Positions 30,849-40,221 of a DNA stretch of 64,000 nt are shown here, in pieces; position 1 is the first letter of the stretch, and the number at the start of each line of letters is the position of its first letter. The notes under the pieces are model-generated. The model did not search any database and was not told where the DNA came from. It saw only the letters and a program-made list of their open reading frames with translations. The stretch covers positions 14,635 to 78,634 of the forward strand of contig JAJPES010000012.1 of NCBI GenBank assembly GCA_021166725.1, read 5' to 3'. A program made the translations under genes and the position numbers. Source of the DNA: Burkholderiaceae bacterium. Its GTDB lineage: Bacteria; Pseudomonadota; Gammaproteobacteria; Burkholderiales; Burkholderiaceae_E.

Positions 30849-31116
30849 TGTCCTGTCTTGCAGCGACATTGCCTTTGGTTCGAGTCAGCCGGGGGTGGGG
30901 CAAGGCGGCAAAGCAGGTCGATGTCGGGGACATCGACCTGCTTCGGCAACGCGGCAGCGCGCCCGGCTGGCTCGAACCCGAAGGGCGCGGCTTGGCGGGG
31001 CGATCTGCTGCGTCACAGGATCGAGTCGATATCCCCGATATCGACTCGGTCCCGTTCCTTGCATCTCACCCGGCGAAGCCACGCCAAAGGCAATGTCGCT
31101 GCAAGACAGGACACTA
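30846..31116. mobile_element. MITE (non-autonomous, IS630/Tc1-like ends)
   Basis: Perfect 33-bp inverted repeats 30846-30878 (TAGTGTCCTGTCTTGCAGCGACATTGCCTTTGG) and 31084-31116; TA at both ends; nested internal hairpins; no transposase. Confidence 0.85.
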
Positions 31117-33528
31117 GATTCCGAGAAGCGCGCAGTCGGCCGGCTGCTGCGCTTCGCGCTGATCGGCTCGGTGGTGCTCGCGGTGATCCTGCTGCTGCTG
31201 CTCGCAGTAGCGAGCGCGAACACCGAGCTGTTCGAGAGCCAGTACCCGATGCTGCTTTGGCTCACCGTCGGACTGGCGGTGGGACTGCTGCTGCTCGTGC
31301 TCGAGCTGCTGCGCCGACTCGTCGTGCGCTACCGGCGAGGGTTGTTCGGCACGCGGCTGATGGCGCGCATGGCGATGTCGTTCACGCTGATGACCGTGCT
31401 GCCGGTCGCGCTGATCTATCTCGTCTCGGTGCAGTTCGTCGGCCGCTCGATCGAATCCTGGTTCGCCGTTCCGGTGGAGCGCGGGCTCGAGTCGGGACTC
31501 ACGCTCGGCCGCACCGCGCTCGATTCGCTGCTGGCCGATCTCACGCAGAAAGCGCGCAGCGTCGCCGTCGAACTGTCGGAGACGCCGCGCGCGATGTGGC
31601 CCGAGACGCTGAACAGCCGTCGCGAGCAACTCGGCGTCACCGACGCGATGATCGCCTCGGGCACCGGGCGCATCATCACGACCAGCGGCAGCCAGTTCGC
31701 CTCGCTCGTTCCCGACCTGCCGCCGCCCAGCGCGATGCGCCAGGCGCGCCTGACGCGCCAGTACGCGGCAGTCGAACCGCAGGGCGACACGACGCAACTG
31801 AAGATGCGCGTGATCGTCGCCATCGACACCCAGGCGCAACTGCCTGACGAGCACCGCTATCTGCAGCTCGTGCAGCCGGTGCCCACCGCGCTGTCGGAGA
31901 ACGCCGAAGCGGTCGAGCAGGGCAGGCGAGACTTCCAGCAGCTGTCGCTGTCGCGCGAGGGGCTCGCGCGCATCTTTCGCATCACGCTGACGCTGATCTT
32001 CCTGCTCACCGTGTTCTCGGCGGTGGCCGCGTCGTTCCTGCTGTCGGGCTGGCTCACCGGACCGTTGTCGATGCTCGCCGCCGGCACGCGCGCAGTCGCC
32101 GAGGGCGACTACCGGCCGGTGAAGGACTACACCGGACGCGACGAGTTGGGCGCGCTCACGCAGTCGTTCAACCTGATGACGCGTCAGCTCGAGGACGCGC
32201 GCATGCAGGTCGAACGCAACCAGCGCGAGCTCGAGCGCGTGAACGCGCGCCTGGAGAGCGTGCTCGCCAACCTCACCGCCGGCGTGCTGGTGCTCGATTC
32301 CGACTTCCGGCTCACGCTGGCCAATGCCGGCGCCGAGCGCATTCTCGGGCTGTCGCTGAACGAGCATCTCGACAAACCGATCACCGACGTGCCACGCCTG
32401 GCCGCGCTCGCGCCGGCGATTCGCGCAGCGTTCAACGAGCAGGCCGCGGCGGGCGCCGCGAGCTGGCAACGCCAGTTCGTGCTGCCGCAGGCAGCTCCCG
32501 CGGCTCCTGCGGCTCCTGCGGCGCATGCGGGAAATGCCGCGGCAGACGAGTCGTCGACGGCGGCCGCTGCCGCATCGGTGGCGCCCTCGGCATCGGCTGC
32601 ATCGGCAGCTGCGTCGTCTGCGCCTTCGGCATCCGCTGCATCGCCGGCCCCGCGCGCGCCCGGAGCGCTCGGCGCGAGCTCCGACCAGACGATCTTCGCG
32701 CGCGGCTCGATCCTGCCCGAGCGACGCGTCGGCTACGTCGTCGTTTTCGACGACATCAGCGAGGTGATTTCGGCGCAGCGCGCGGTGGCGTGGGCCGAGG
32801 TCGCGCGCCGCCTCGCGCACGAGATCAAGAACCCGCTCACGCCGATCCAGCTCGCCGCCGAACGCACGCAACGCAAGCTCGCCGACAAGCTGCCGCCGGC
32901 CGAGGCCGAGTTGCTGGCGAAGAATTCGCAGACGATCGTCAACCAGGTTGCTGCGCTCAAGCGGATGGTCGACGAGTTTCGCGATTACGCGCGCCTGCCC
33001 GCGGCGCAGCTCGAGCCGCTCGACCTGAACGAGCTGGTCGACGAGGTGCTGCGCCTGTACGCGGCCGCCGGCGGACGCATGGCGATCCGTCCGCATCTGG
33101 CACCGATACTGCCGCACGTGTTCGGCGATGCGACGCAACTGCGGCAGGTGATCCACAACCTGATCAAGAACGCGGTCGAGGCCACCGATCAGGTCGAGCA
33201 CCCGGAGATCGAGTTGCTCACCGAGTTGCTCGCGTTGGCCGACGGCGACGCGGCGGTGCGGCTGGTCGTACGCGACAACGGCGGCGGTTTCTCGCCGAGT
33301 GCGCTGTCGCGCGTGTTCGAGCCCTACGTCACGAACAAGCCGCGCGGCACGGGCCTGGGGCTGGCGATCGTCAAGAAGATCGTCGACGAGCATGGCGCGC
33401 GCATCGACGTCGCGAACTGGGGCGAGACCGCCGCCGGTACGCCGGTCGGCGCGCAGATCTCGGTGCTATTTACGAAACTGGCCAAAAGCGAGGACAATCG
33501 TCGCTTGGTCGCAACACTGCACGGATAG
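31093..33528 (+). CDS. ntrY: NtrY-like sensor histidine kinase (HAMP-PAS-HisKA-HATPase)
   Basis: FGTRLMAR, SIESWF, DELGALTQSFN, AWAEVARRLAHEIKNPLTPIQLAAER, GTGLGLAIVKKI; the start ATG lies inside the MITE right end. Confidence 0.88.
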   Translation: MSLQDRTLDSEKRAVGRLLRFALIGSVVLAVILLLLLAVASANTELFESQYPMLLWLTVGLAVGLLLLVLELLRRLVVRYRRGLFGTRLMARMAMSFTLMTVLPVALIYLVSVQFVGRSIESWFAVPVERGLESGLTLGRTALDSLLADLTQKARSVAVELSETPRAMWPETLNSRREQLGVTDAMIASGTGRIITTSGSQFASLVPDLPPPSAMRQARLTRQYAAVEPQGDTTQLKMRVIVAIDTQAQLPDEHRYLQLVQPVPTALSENAEAVEQGRRDFQQLSLSREGLARIFRITLTLIFLLTVFSAVAASFLLSGWLTGPLSMLAAGTRAVAEGDYRPVKDYTGRDELGALTQSFNLMTRQLEDARMQVERNQRELERVNARLESVLANLTAGVLVLDSDFRLTLANAGAERILGLSLNEHLDKPITDVPRLAALAPAIRAAFNEQAAAGAASWQRQFVLPQAAPAAPAAPAAHAGNAAADESSTAAAAASVAPSASAASAAASSAPSASAASPAPRAPGALGASSDQTIFARGSILPERRVGYVVVFDDISEVISAQRAVAWAEVARRLAHEIKNPLTPIQLAAERTQRKLADKLPPAEAELLAKNSQTIVNQVAALKRMVDEFRDYARLPAAQLEPLDLNELVDEVLRLYAAAGGRMAIRPHLAPILPHVFGDATQLRQVIHNLIKNAVEATDQVEHPEIELLTELLALADGDAAVRLVVRDNGGGFSPSALSRVFEPYVTNKPRGTGLGLAIVKKIVDEHGARIDVANWGETAAGTPVGAQISVLFTKLAKSEDNRRLVATLHG

Positions 33529-33544
33529 GGGTCGAACGGCATCC

Positions 33545-34378
33545 ATGGCGGAAATACTCGTTGTCGACGACGAAATCGGAATTCGTGAGCTGCTCTCCGA
33601 GATCCTCGGCGACGAAGGCCACTCGGTGTTGCTTGCCGAAAGCGCGCAACAGGCGCGCCAGGTGCGCGAAGACAACCCGATCGACCTCGTGCTGCTGGAC
33701 ATCTGGATGCCCGACACCGACGGCGTCACGCTGCTCAAGGAATGGGCCAGCTGCGGCAAGCTGACGATGCCCGTGATCATGATGTCGGGCCACGCCACGA
33801 TCGACACCGCGGTCGAGGCCACGCGCATCGGGGCGCTCGATTTCCTCGAGAAGCCGATCACGCTGCAGAAGCTGCTGAAGGCAGTCGAAACCGGCCTGGA
33901 GCGTGGGCGCGGCAACGACCGGCACGTCGCGCCGCCGCCGCCCGGCGCGCAGATGCGCACCGTCCATACCGCCTATCAGGCGAGCGCGCGCGTCGGCGTC
34001 ACCGTGCCCGGCGCGCATGCGCAGCCGTCGATGACGCTCGTTCATCCGGCGCCGATCGGTACGGCAGCCGAGGGTGTCGCTGGCTTCGGCGCGACGTCCG
34101 CGCCGACACTTCCGGGCGCCGGTGTCGGCGCCGGCGGAGCGACGATCGGCGTCACGCCGGGCCATGTCGGCGTGCGCGAATTGCCGCTCGACCTGCCGTT
34201 GCGCGAAGCGCGCGACTGCTTCGAGCGCGCCTACTTCGAGCATCACCTCACGCGCGAGCACGGCAGCATGACCCGCGTTGCCGAGCGCACCGGACTCGAG
34301 CGCACGCACCTGTATCGCAAACTCAAGCAGCTCGGCATCGATCTGTCGCGCGGCGCCTATCGCAAGCAGGGCTCGTAG
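33545..34378 (+). CDS. ntrX: NtrX-like response regulator (REC + Fis HTH, no AAA+ domain)
   Basis: ILVVDDE, LLDIWMPDTDG, MSGHATIDTAVEA, GLERTHLYRKLKQLG. Confidence 0.88.
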   Translation: MAEILVVDDEIGIRELLSEILGDEGHSVLLAESAQQARQVREDNPIDLVLLDIWMPDTDGVTLLKEWASCGKLTMPVIMMSGHATIDTAVEATRIGALDFLEKPITLQKLLKAVETGLERGRGNDRHVAPPPPGAQMRTVHTAYQASARVGVTVPGAHAQPSMTLVHPAPIGTAAEGVAGFGATSAPTLPGAGVGAGGATIGVTPGHVGVRELPLDLPLREARDCFERAYFEHHLTREHGSMTRVAERTGLERTHLYRKLKQLGIDLSRGAYRKQGS

Positions 34379-34442
34379 GAGGCTGTCGGACTATGGGCAT
34401 CCCTGCCGTCGTCCGCGCGACCCCTGTCCCGACAGCCTCCTA
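34376..34442. repeat. Short inverted-repeat element (mini-MITE/REP-like), copy 1
   Basis: TAGGAGGCTGTCGG (34376-34389) ... CCGACAGCCTCCTA (34429-34442); begins at the ntrX stop codon. Confidence 0.75.
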
Positions 34443-34479
34443 GCGGCGCGTCGTCGCGACCGGCGCGAGCGCGTTCCCC

Positions 34480-35910
34480 GTGAAGATCCTGATCCTCGGC
34501 GCCGGTCGCGTCGGCGCGTCGGTCGCCGCGAGCCTCGTCTCCGAGCGCAACGACATCACGGTCATCGACACCGATCCGGCGCAGTTGCGCCAGCTCGCCG
34601 ACAAGCTCGACCTGCGCACGGTGGCCGGCAACGGCACGCACCCGCCGGTGCTCGAGCAGGCCGGAGCCGAAGACGCGGACATGCTGATCGCCGCTGCCGC
34701 GCGCGACGAGACGAATCTCGTTGCCTGCCAGATCGCGGCGCGCATGTTCAACGTGCCCACGCGCATCGCGCGCGTGCGCGCGCCCGAGTTCCAGAATCAC
34801 CCGGACATCACCGGCGAGGGCGGCTTCTACGTCGACTACCTGATCTGCCCCGAGCAGACGGTAACCGACTACATCTCCAAGCTGATCGAGTTTCCCGGCG
34901 CGCTGCAGGTGCTCGAATTCGCCGGGGGGCGCGCGAGCCTGATCGCCGTGCGCGCGTATGCGGGGGGCCCGCTCGTCTCGCGCCACATTCGCGATCTGCG
35001 CTCGGCGCACCCCGACGTCGACATGCGCATCGTCGCGATCTTCCGCAACGAGCGGCCGGTGCGTCCGGAAGGCGAGACGAAGATCGAGCCGGGCGACGAG
35101 GTGTTCCTGCTCGCCGCGTCGAACCACATCCGCACGGCGCTGTCGGACCTGCGGCGCAACGACGAGCCGGTGCGGCGCGTGATGATCGCCGGCGGCGGCA
35201 ACATCGGCTTGCGCCTGGCGCGGCACCTGGGCACCGCCTACCAGGTGAAGGTGATCGAGGGCAACCGCACCCGCTGCAACTACCTTGCCACGCAGCTGCC
35301 CACGTCCACGCTGATCCTGCACGGCGACTCCACCGACGAGACGCTGCTGGCCGAGGAAGGCGTCGCCGAGATGGATCTCTTCGTCGCGCTCACCTCCGAC
35401 GACGAGACGAACATCATGTCGTGCATGCTGGCCAAGCGGATCGGCGCGCGGCGCACGATCGCCCTGATCAACCGGCAGGCCTACGCCGACCTCGTCGAGG
35501 GCAGCCGCATCGACATCGCGATCGTTCCGTCGCAGACGACGATCGGGCAGCTGCTCACGCACGTGCGCCGCGGCGACGTCGTCTCGGTGCATTCGCTGCG
35601 CCGCGGCGCTGCCGAGGCGCTCGAACTGATCGCGCACGGCGACCCGAAGTCGTCGAAGGTGGTGGGCCGGCGCATCGAGGAGATCGACCTGCCGCACGGC
35701 GCGACGATCGGCGCGATCGTGCGCTCGCTCGACGGCGAACCGCTGCCGCTCGAACCGGTGCGCGGACGCACGGTGCCGCGCTTCGAGGTAGTGATGGCGC
35801 ACCACGACACCGAGATCCGCTCGGGCGACCACGTGATCGTCTTCGTCGACAACAAGCGCACGATTCCGAAGGTGGAGAAGTCGTTCCAGGTGAACGTCGG
35901 CTTCTTCTAG
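34480..35910 (+). CDS. trkA: Trk potassium uptake NAD-binding subunit TrkA
   Basis: ILGAGRVG, IAGGGNIG, SLRRGAAEALE; two RCK domains. Confidence 0.95.
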   Translation: MKILILGAGRVGASVAASLVSERNDITVIDTDPAQLRQLADKLDLRTVAGNGTHPPVLEQAGAEDADMLIAAAARDETNLVACQIAARMFNVPTRIARVRAPEFQNHPDITGEGGFYVDYLICPEQTVTDYISKLIEFPGALQVLEFAGGRASLIAVRAYAGGPLVSRHIRDLRSAHPDVDMRIVAIFRNERPVRPEGETKIEPGDEVFLLAASNHIRTALSDLRRNDEPVRRVMIAGGGNIGLRLARHLGTAYQVKVIEGNRTRCNYLATQLPTSTLILHGDSTDETLLAEEGVAEMDLFVALTSDDETNIMSCMLAKRIGARRTIALINRQAYADLVEGSRIDIAIVPSQTTIGQLLTHVRRGDVVSVHSLRRGAAEALELIAHGDPKSSKVVGRRIEEIDLPHGATIGAIVRSLDGEPLPLEPVRGRTVPRFEVVMAHHDTEIRSGDHVIVFVDNKRTIPKVEKSFQVNVGFF

Positions 35911-35959
35911 GAGGCTGTCGTCCTCTGCGCGACCCCTGCCCATTGTCCGACAGCCTCCT
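35908..35959. repeat. Short inverted-repeat element (mini-MITE/REP-like), copy 2
   Basis: TAGGAGGCTGTCG ... CGACAGCCTCCT; shares internal CGCGACCCCTG with copy 1; begins at the trkA stop codon. Confidence 0.7.
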
Positions 35960-36148
35960 GGCGCCGATCCGGCTCCTCGCCGCGGCGCGCCAGCGGGTGC
36001 CTACGGGAAAACCCGAGCGCGGCGAACCATCGCGTGACAGACCCCCTGGGCGTGATTAGCATTTGGTGCCTTTCGCGCAAGGGGCGATAGCCCGCGTCGA
36101 ATGCAGAAAACAGACTTCTCGTAGCCATTCCTTTCCGGAGACAAAAGC

Positions 36149-37273
36149 ATGGCCGAACAGATCCGCTCACGCCGCAAGTTCATCGGCACGGCTGCCGCCG
36201 CGGGCGCAGGAACGCTGGCTTTCCCGATGATCGTCAAGGCGCAGGGCCCGATCGCGATGCGCTGGCAGAGCACCTGGCCGTCGAAGGACATCTTCCACGA
36301 ATACGCGCTCGACTTCGCCAAGAAGGTCAACGACATGACCGGCGGCGACCTGAAGATCGAGGTGCTGCCCGCGGGCGCCGTCGTTCCCGCATTCAACCTG
36401 CTCGATGCCGTCTCGAAAGGCACGCTCGACGGCGGTCACGGCGTCGTCGTCTACCACTACGGCAAGAACAACGCGCTCGCGCTGTGGGGCTCGGGTCCCG
36501 CCTACGGCATGGACGCCAACATGCTGCTCGCCTGGCACAAGTATGGCGGCGGCAAGGAGTTCCTCGAGCGGCTGTACCAGTCGATCGGCGCGAACGTGAA
36601 GTCCTACGTCTACGGCCCGATGTCCTCCCAGCCGCTGGGCTGGTTCAAGAAGCCGATCACCAAGGCCGAGGACATGAAGGGCCTGAAGTTCCGCACGGTG
36701 GGGCTTTCGATCGACGTGTTCACCGGCATGGGGGTGGCGGTGAACGCGCTGCCCGGCGGCGAGATCGTGCCGGCGCTCGACCGCGGCCTGCTCGACGGCG
36801 CCGAGTTCAACAACGCCAGTTCCGACCGCCTGCTCGGCTTCACCGACGTCTCGAAGGTCTGCATGCTGCAGAGCTACCACCAGAACGCCGAGCAGTTCGA
36901 GGTGCTGTTCAACAAGGCGAAGTTCGACGCGCTGCCCGAGAAGATGCGCGCGATCATCGACAACGCCGTCGAGGCCGCCTCGGCCGACATGTCGTGGAAG
37001 GCGATCGACCGCTACTCGAAGGACTACGAGGAGATGCAGCAGAAGGACGGCGTGAAGTTCTACAAGACGCCCGATCCGATCCTCGCGCAGCAACTGGTCA
37101 TCTACGACCAGGTGGCCGACAAGATGGCTGCGTCCAACCCGCTGTTCAAGGAAATCCTCGATTCGCAGCGCAAGTTCGCCGCGCGCACGGTGAAGTGGGA
37201 TCTCGACACGAACACCAACCGTCGCATGGCCTACAACCACTACTTCGGGCCGAAGCAGCAGAAGAAAGGCTGA
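36149..37273 (+). CDS. dctP: TRAP transporter substrate-binding protein (DctP/TakP type, Tat signal)
   Basis: SRRKFI Tat motif, WQSTWP, GLKFR, ALDRGLLDGAEF. Confidence 0.9.
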   Translation: MAEQIRSRRKFIGTAAAAGAGTLAFPMIVKAQGPIAMRWQSTWPSKDIFHEYALDFAKKVNDMTGGDLKIEVLPAGAVVPAFNLLDAVSKGTLDGGHGVVVYHYGKNNALALWGSGPAYGMDANMLLAWHKYGGGKEFLERLYQSIGANVKSYVYGPMSSQPLGWFKKPITKAEDMKGLKFRTVGLSIDVFTGMGVAVNALPGGEIVPALDRGLLDGAEFNNASSDRLLGFTDVSKVCMLQSYHQNAEQFEVLFNKAKFDALPEKMRAIIDNAVEAASADMSWKAIDRYSKDYEEMQQKDGVKFYKTPDPILAQQLVIYDQVADKMAASNPLFKEILDSQRKFAARTVKWDLDTNTNRRMAYNHYFGPKQQKKG

Positions 37274-37313
37274 CGTCCGGGCGATGGGTGGCGCTTGCGC
37301 ATCGCTGGCGCCG

Positions 37314-37347
37314 ATGCACCGGAACGCGTGCCTGCGTTCCGGTGCAT
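37314..37347 (+). terminator. Strong intercistronic hairpin after dctP (mRNA stabiliser or partial terminator)
   Basis: ATGCACCGGAACGC-gtgcct-GCGTTCCGGTGCAT, 14-bp perfect stem, no U tract. Confidence 0.5.
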
Positions 37348-37461
37348 GCCGGTGACGATGCCGGTTCGCGGCCCGCAGCCGCGCTTCGCCGTTCTCGTTC
37401 ACGATCCCGCCCGCGCCCGCGCGCCCGGCGGGGTTTCGCCGTAGCAGCACGCAGGCCCATC

Positions 37462-38061
37462 ATGCAAAACCTGTTCCTGGCGGTCGACCGGTTCAACACC
37501 CGGATCGGTCACTTCTTCGCGTGGCTGATCGTCGCGCTCACCGCGCTCATCACCTGGGAAGTCTTCTCCCGCTACGCGTTGAACTCGCCGCACCCGTGGG
37601 CCTTCGACGCGCAGATGATGCTCTACGGCACGCTGTTCATGATGGCCGGCGCCTATACGCTGGCGTCCAACGGGCACGTGCGCGGCGACATCCTCTACGG
37701 ATTCTTCACGCCGCGCACGCAGGCGTTCTTCGATCTCGTGCTCTACATCGTGTTCTTCGTTCCCGGCGTGGTCGCGATGGTGTGGGCGGGCTACGTCTAC
37801 GCCGGTGAATCCTTTGCGATCCGCGAGCATTCGTCGATCACCGCCGACGGGCCTCCGATCTATCCGTTCAAGGCGGTGATCCCGCTGGCCGGCGCGCTGC
37901 TGCTGCTGCAGGGCGCGATCGAGATCCTGCGCTGCATCGTCTGCCTGCGCACCGGCGACTGGCCCAGGCGCCTCGACGACGTAGAGGAAGTCGACGTCGA
38001 CAAGCTGCGCGCGATGGTCAGCGAACACGTCGCCGAAAACCGGGCGCACGACGCGCGCTGA
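37462..38061 (+). CDS. dctQ: TRAP transporter small permease DctQ
   Basis: EVFSRYALN, AYTL..GHVRGDILY; 4 TM helices. Confidence 0.9.
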   Translation: MQNLFLAVDRFNTRIGHFFAWLIVALTALITWEVFSRYALNSPHPWAFDAQMMLYGTLFMMAGAYTLASNGHVRGDILYGFFTPRTQAFFDLVLYIVFFVPGVVAMVWAGYVYAGESFAIREHSSITADGPPIYPFKAVIPLAGALLLLQGAIEILRCIVCLRTGDWPRRLDDVEEVDVDKLRAMVSEHVAENRAHDAR

Positions 38062-38072
38062 CGGAGCCGAAC

Positions 38073-39986
38073 GTGCGCAAGGAACTCATCTTCGGCTTTT
38101 CGATCCTCGGGCTGATCGTGCTTGCGGTGCTAGTGCTCACGCCGTGGGCGACGCTCACCAGCGGACACCTCGGGCTGCTCATGCTCGCGCTGATCGTCGC
38201 GGCGATCATGCTCGGCTTTCCCACCGCGTTCACGCTGATGGGCATGGGCGTGATGTTCGCGTTCTTCGCCTACATGGATCGCACCGGCAGCACCGAGGTG
38301 GCGATCCAGCAGACGCTCGACCTGATGGTCCAGCGCACCTACGCGGTGATGGCTAACGACGTGCTCATTGCGGTGCCGCTGTTCGTGTTCATGGGGTACC
38401 TCGTCGAACGCGCGAACCTGATCGAGCGCCTGTTCAAGTCCCTGCACCTCGCGATGGCGCGCCTGCCCGGCTCGCTCGCGGTGGCGACGATCTTCACCTG
38501 CGCGGTGTTCGCCACCGCCACCGGGATCGTCGGCGCGGTGGTGACGCTGATGGGCCTGCTCGCGTTGCCGGCGATGCTCAAGGCCGGCTACGACACGCGC
38601 ATCTCGGCCGGCTCGATCACCGCGGGCGGCTGCCTCGGCATCCTGATCCCGCCATCGGTGTTGCTGATCGTCTACGGCGCTACTGCCGGCGTGTCGGTCG
38701 TGCAGTTGTACGCGGGCGCGTTCTTCCCGGGGATCATGCTCGCGGGCCTGTACGTGCTGTACGTGATCGTCCTCGCGAAGCTCAAGCCGCACCTGATGCC
38801 GCCGCTGCCCGACGAAGCGCGCCGCGTGGCGCTGTCGCCGCCGGCCGAGCGCGTGCGCGATCACTTCGGCGACCGCGCGCTGCCGGCGATCGTGCGGGCG
38901 ATGAAGGGCTCGCGCAACATCGAGGTGCCGATGGGCACGCTCGCGCGACAACTGTTCGTCACGCTGCTGCCGGCGATCACGCTGATCGTGATGCTCGCGC
39001 TGGCGTGGCAGTCGGTCACCGCGCCGAAAGTCGAGTTCGACACCAGCGGCCTGCAGGAACTGGGCAGCTTTTCGACGCTCGACAACTCGTTGGACGGCGG
39101 ACTCGCCGAGCCGCCGGCGGCGGACTCCGGACTCGCCGAGCCGCCGGGCGCCGCATCGGTGACGGCCGACGGCGGCGATGCGGCCGTTGCCGACGAAGCC
39201 GGCGCGCAACAGGAGGCGAAGACGCCGTTGCGCGACGTCCCGATCTGGTTCTGGACGATGGCCGGACTCGGCGCGCTGCTGCTCGTCTCGTACTACCTGA
39301 TGCTCAGTTTCGCGCGGCTCGAGATCTTTCGCATGCTGCTGGCGTCGTTCTTCCCGCTGGCCACGCTGATCGTCGCCGTGCTCGGTTCGATCGTGTTCGG
39401 GCTGGCCACGCCGAGCGAGGCGGCCGCCGTCGGCTCCTTCGGCGGCTTCCTGCTCGCGATCGCGTACCGACAACTGAACATGGACGTGATGAAGGAGTCC
39501 GTGTTCCTCACGGCGAAGACGTCGGCCATGGTGTGCTGGCTGTTCGTCAGCTCGTCGATCTTCTCGGCGGCCTTCGCGCTGCTCGGCGGACAGGAACTGA
39601 TCGAGCAGTGGGTGCTCTCGCTGGGGCTGTCGAAGATCCAGTTCCTGCTGCTGGCGCAGGTGATCATCTTCCTGCTCGGCTGGCCGCTGGAGTGGACCGA
39701 GATCATCGTCATCTTCATGCCGATCTTCATCCCGCTGGTCGCGCACTTCGAGGTCGACCCGCTGTTCTTCGGCCTGCTCGTCGCATTGAACCTGCAGACC
39801 GCGTTCCTGTCGCCGCCGGTGGCGATGGCGGCGTTCTACCTGAAGGGCGTCGCGCCTCCGCACGTCACGCTCGGACAGATCTTCATGGGGATGATGCCGT
39901 TCATGGGGCTGCAGATCCTCGCGATCTTCATCCTCTACATGTTCCCGGGGATGGGGCTGTGGTTGCCGGAAGTGCTGTATCGGTGA
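38073..39986 (+). CDS. dctM: TRAP transporter large permease DctM with central insertion
   Basis: LIAVPLFVFMG, TGIVGA, GCLGILIPPS, ATPSEAAA, NLQTAFLSPPVA. Confidence 0.9.
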   Translation: MRKELIFGFSILGLIVLAVLVLTPWATLTSGHLGLLMLALIVAAIMLGFPTAFTLMGMGVMFAFFAYMDRTGSTEVAIQQTLDLMVQRTYAVMANDVLIAVPLFVFMGYLVERANLIERLFKSLHLAMARLPGSLAVATIFTCAVFATATGIVGAVVTLMGLLALPAMLKAGYDTRISAGSITAGGCLGILIPPSVLLIVYGATAGVSVVQLYAGAFFPGIMLAGLYVLYVIVLAKLKPHLMPPLPDEARRVALSPPAERVRDHFGDRALPAIVRAMKGSRNIEVPMGTLARQLFVTLLPAITLIVMLALAWQSVTAPKVEFDTSGLQELGSFSTLDNSLDGGLAEPPAADSGLAEPPGAASVTADGGDAAVADEAGAQQEAKTPLRDVPIWFWTMAGLGALLLVSYYLMLSFARLEIFRMLLASFFPLATLIVAVLGSIVFGLATPSEAAAVGSFGGFLLAIAYRQLNMDVMKESVFLTAKTSAMVCWLFVSSSIFSAAFALLGGQELIEQWVLSLGLSKIQFLLLAQVIIFLLGWPLEWTEIIVIFMPIFIPLVAHFEVDPLFFGLLVALNLQTAFLSPPVAMAAFYLKGVAPPHVTLGQIFMGMMPFMGLQILAIFILYMFPGMGLWLPEVLYR

Positions 39987-40221
39987 TTCGCGAGGTCGCC
40001 GACGGGGAGCGCCGAGCAGGAGACAACGTCGCTTTGCTGCGAACTGCAGCGTTTTCCGCCGGGCAATCGTTTGCCCGTCGCCGAATGCAGCGTTTCGCGG
40101 CGTTCCTGCTCCTGAGCGCTGAAGCGTGTCGACGTCGTCCCCCGGGTCCGCGCCGTCGCCCGCGCAGCCCTGGGTGAGCAGCAGCTACCATCACGGCGCT
40201 TCTTCTGCCGCCTTGCCGCCC

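Noticed and set aside
30846-35959. CRISPR array or structured ncRNA interpretation of the repeats
   Set aside because: Repeats are inverted and isolated, with no repeat-spacer periodicity and no cas genes
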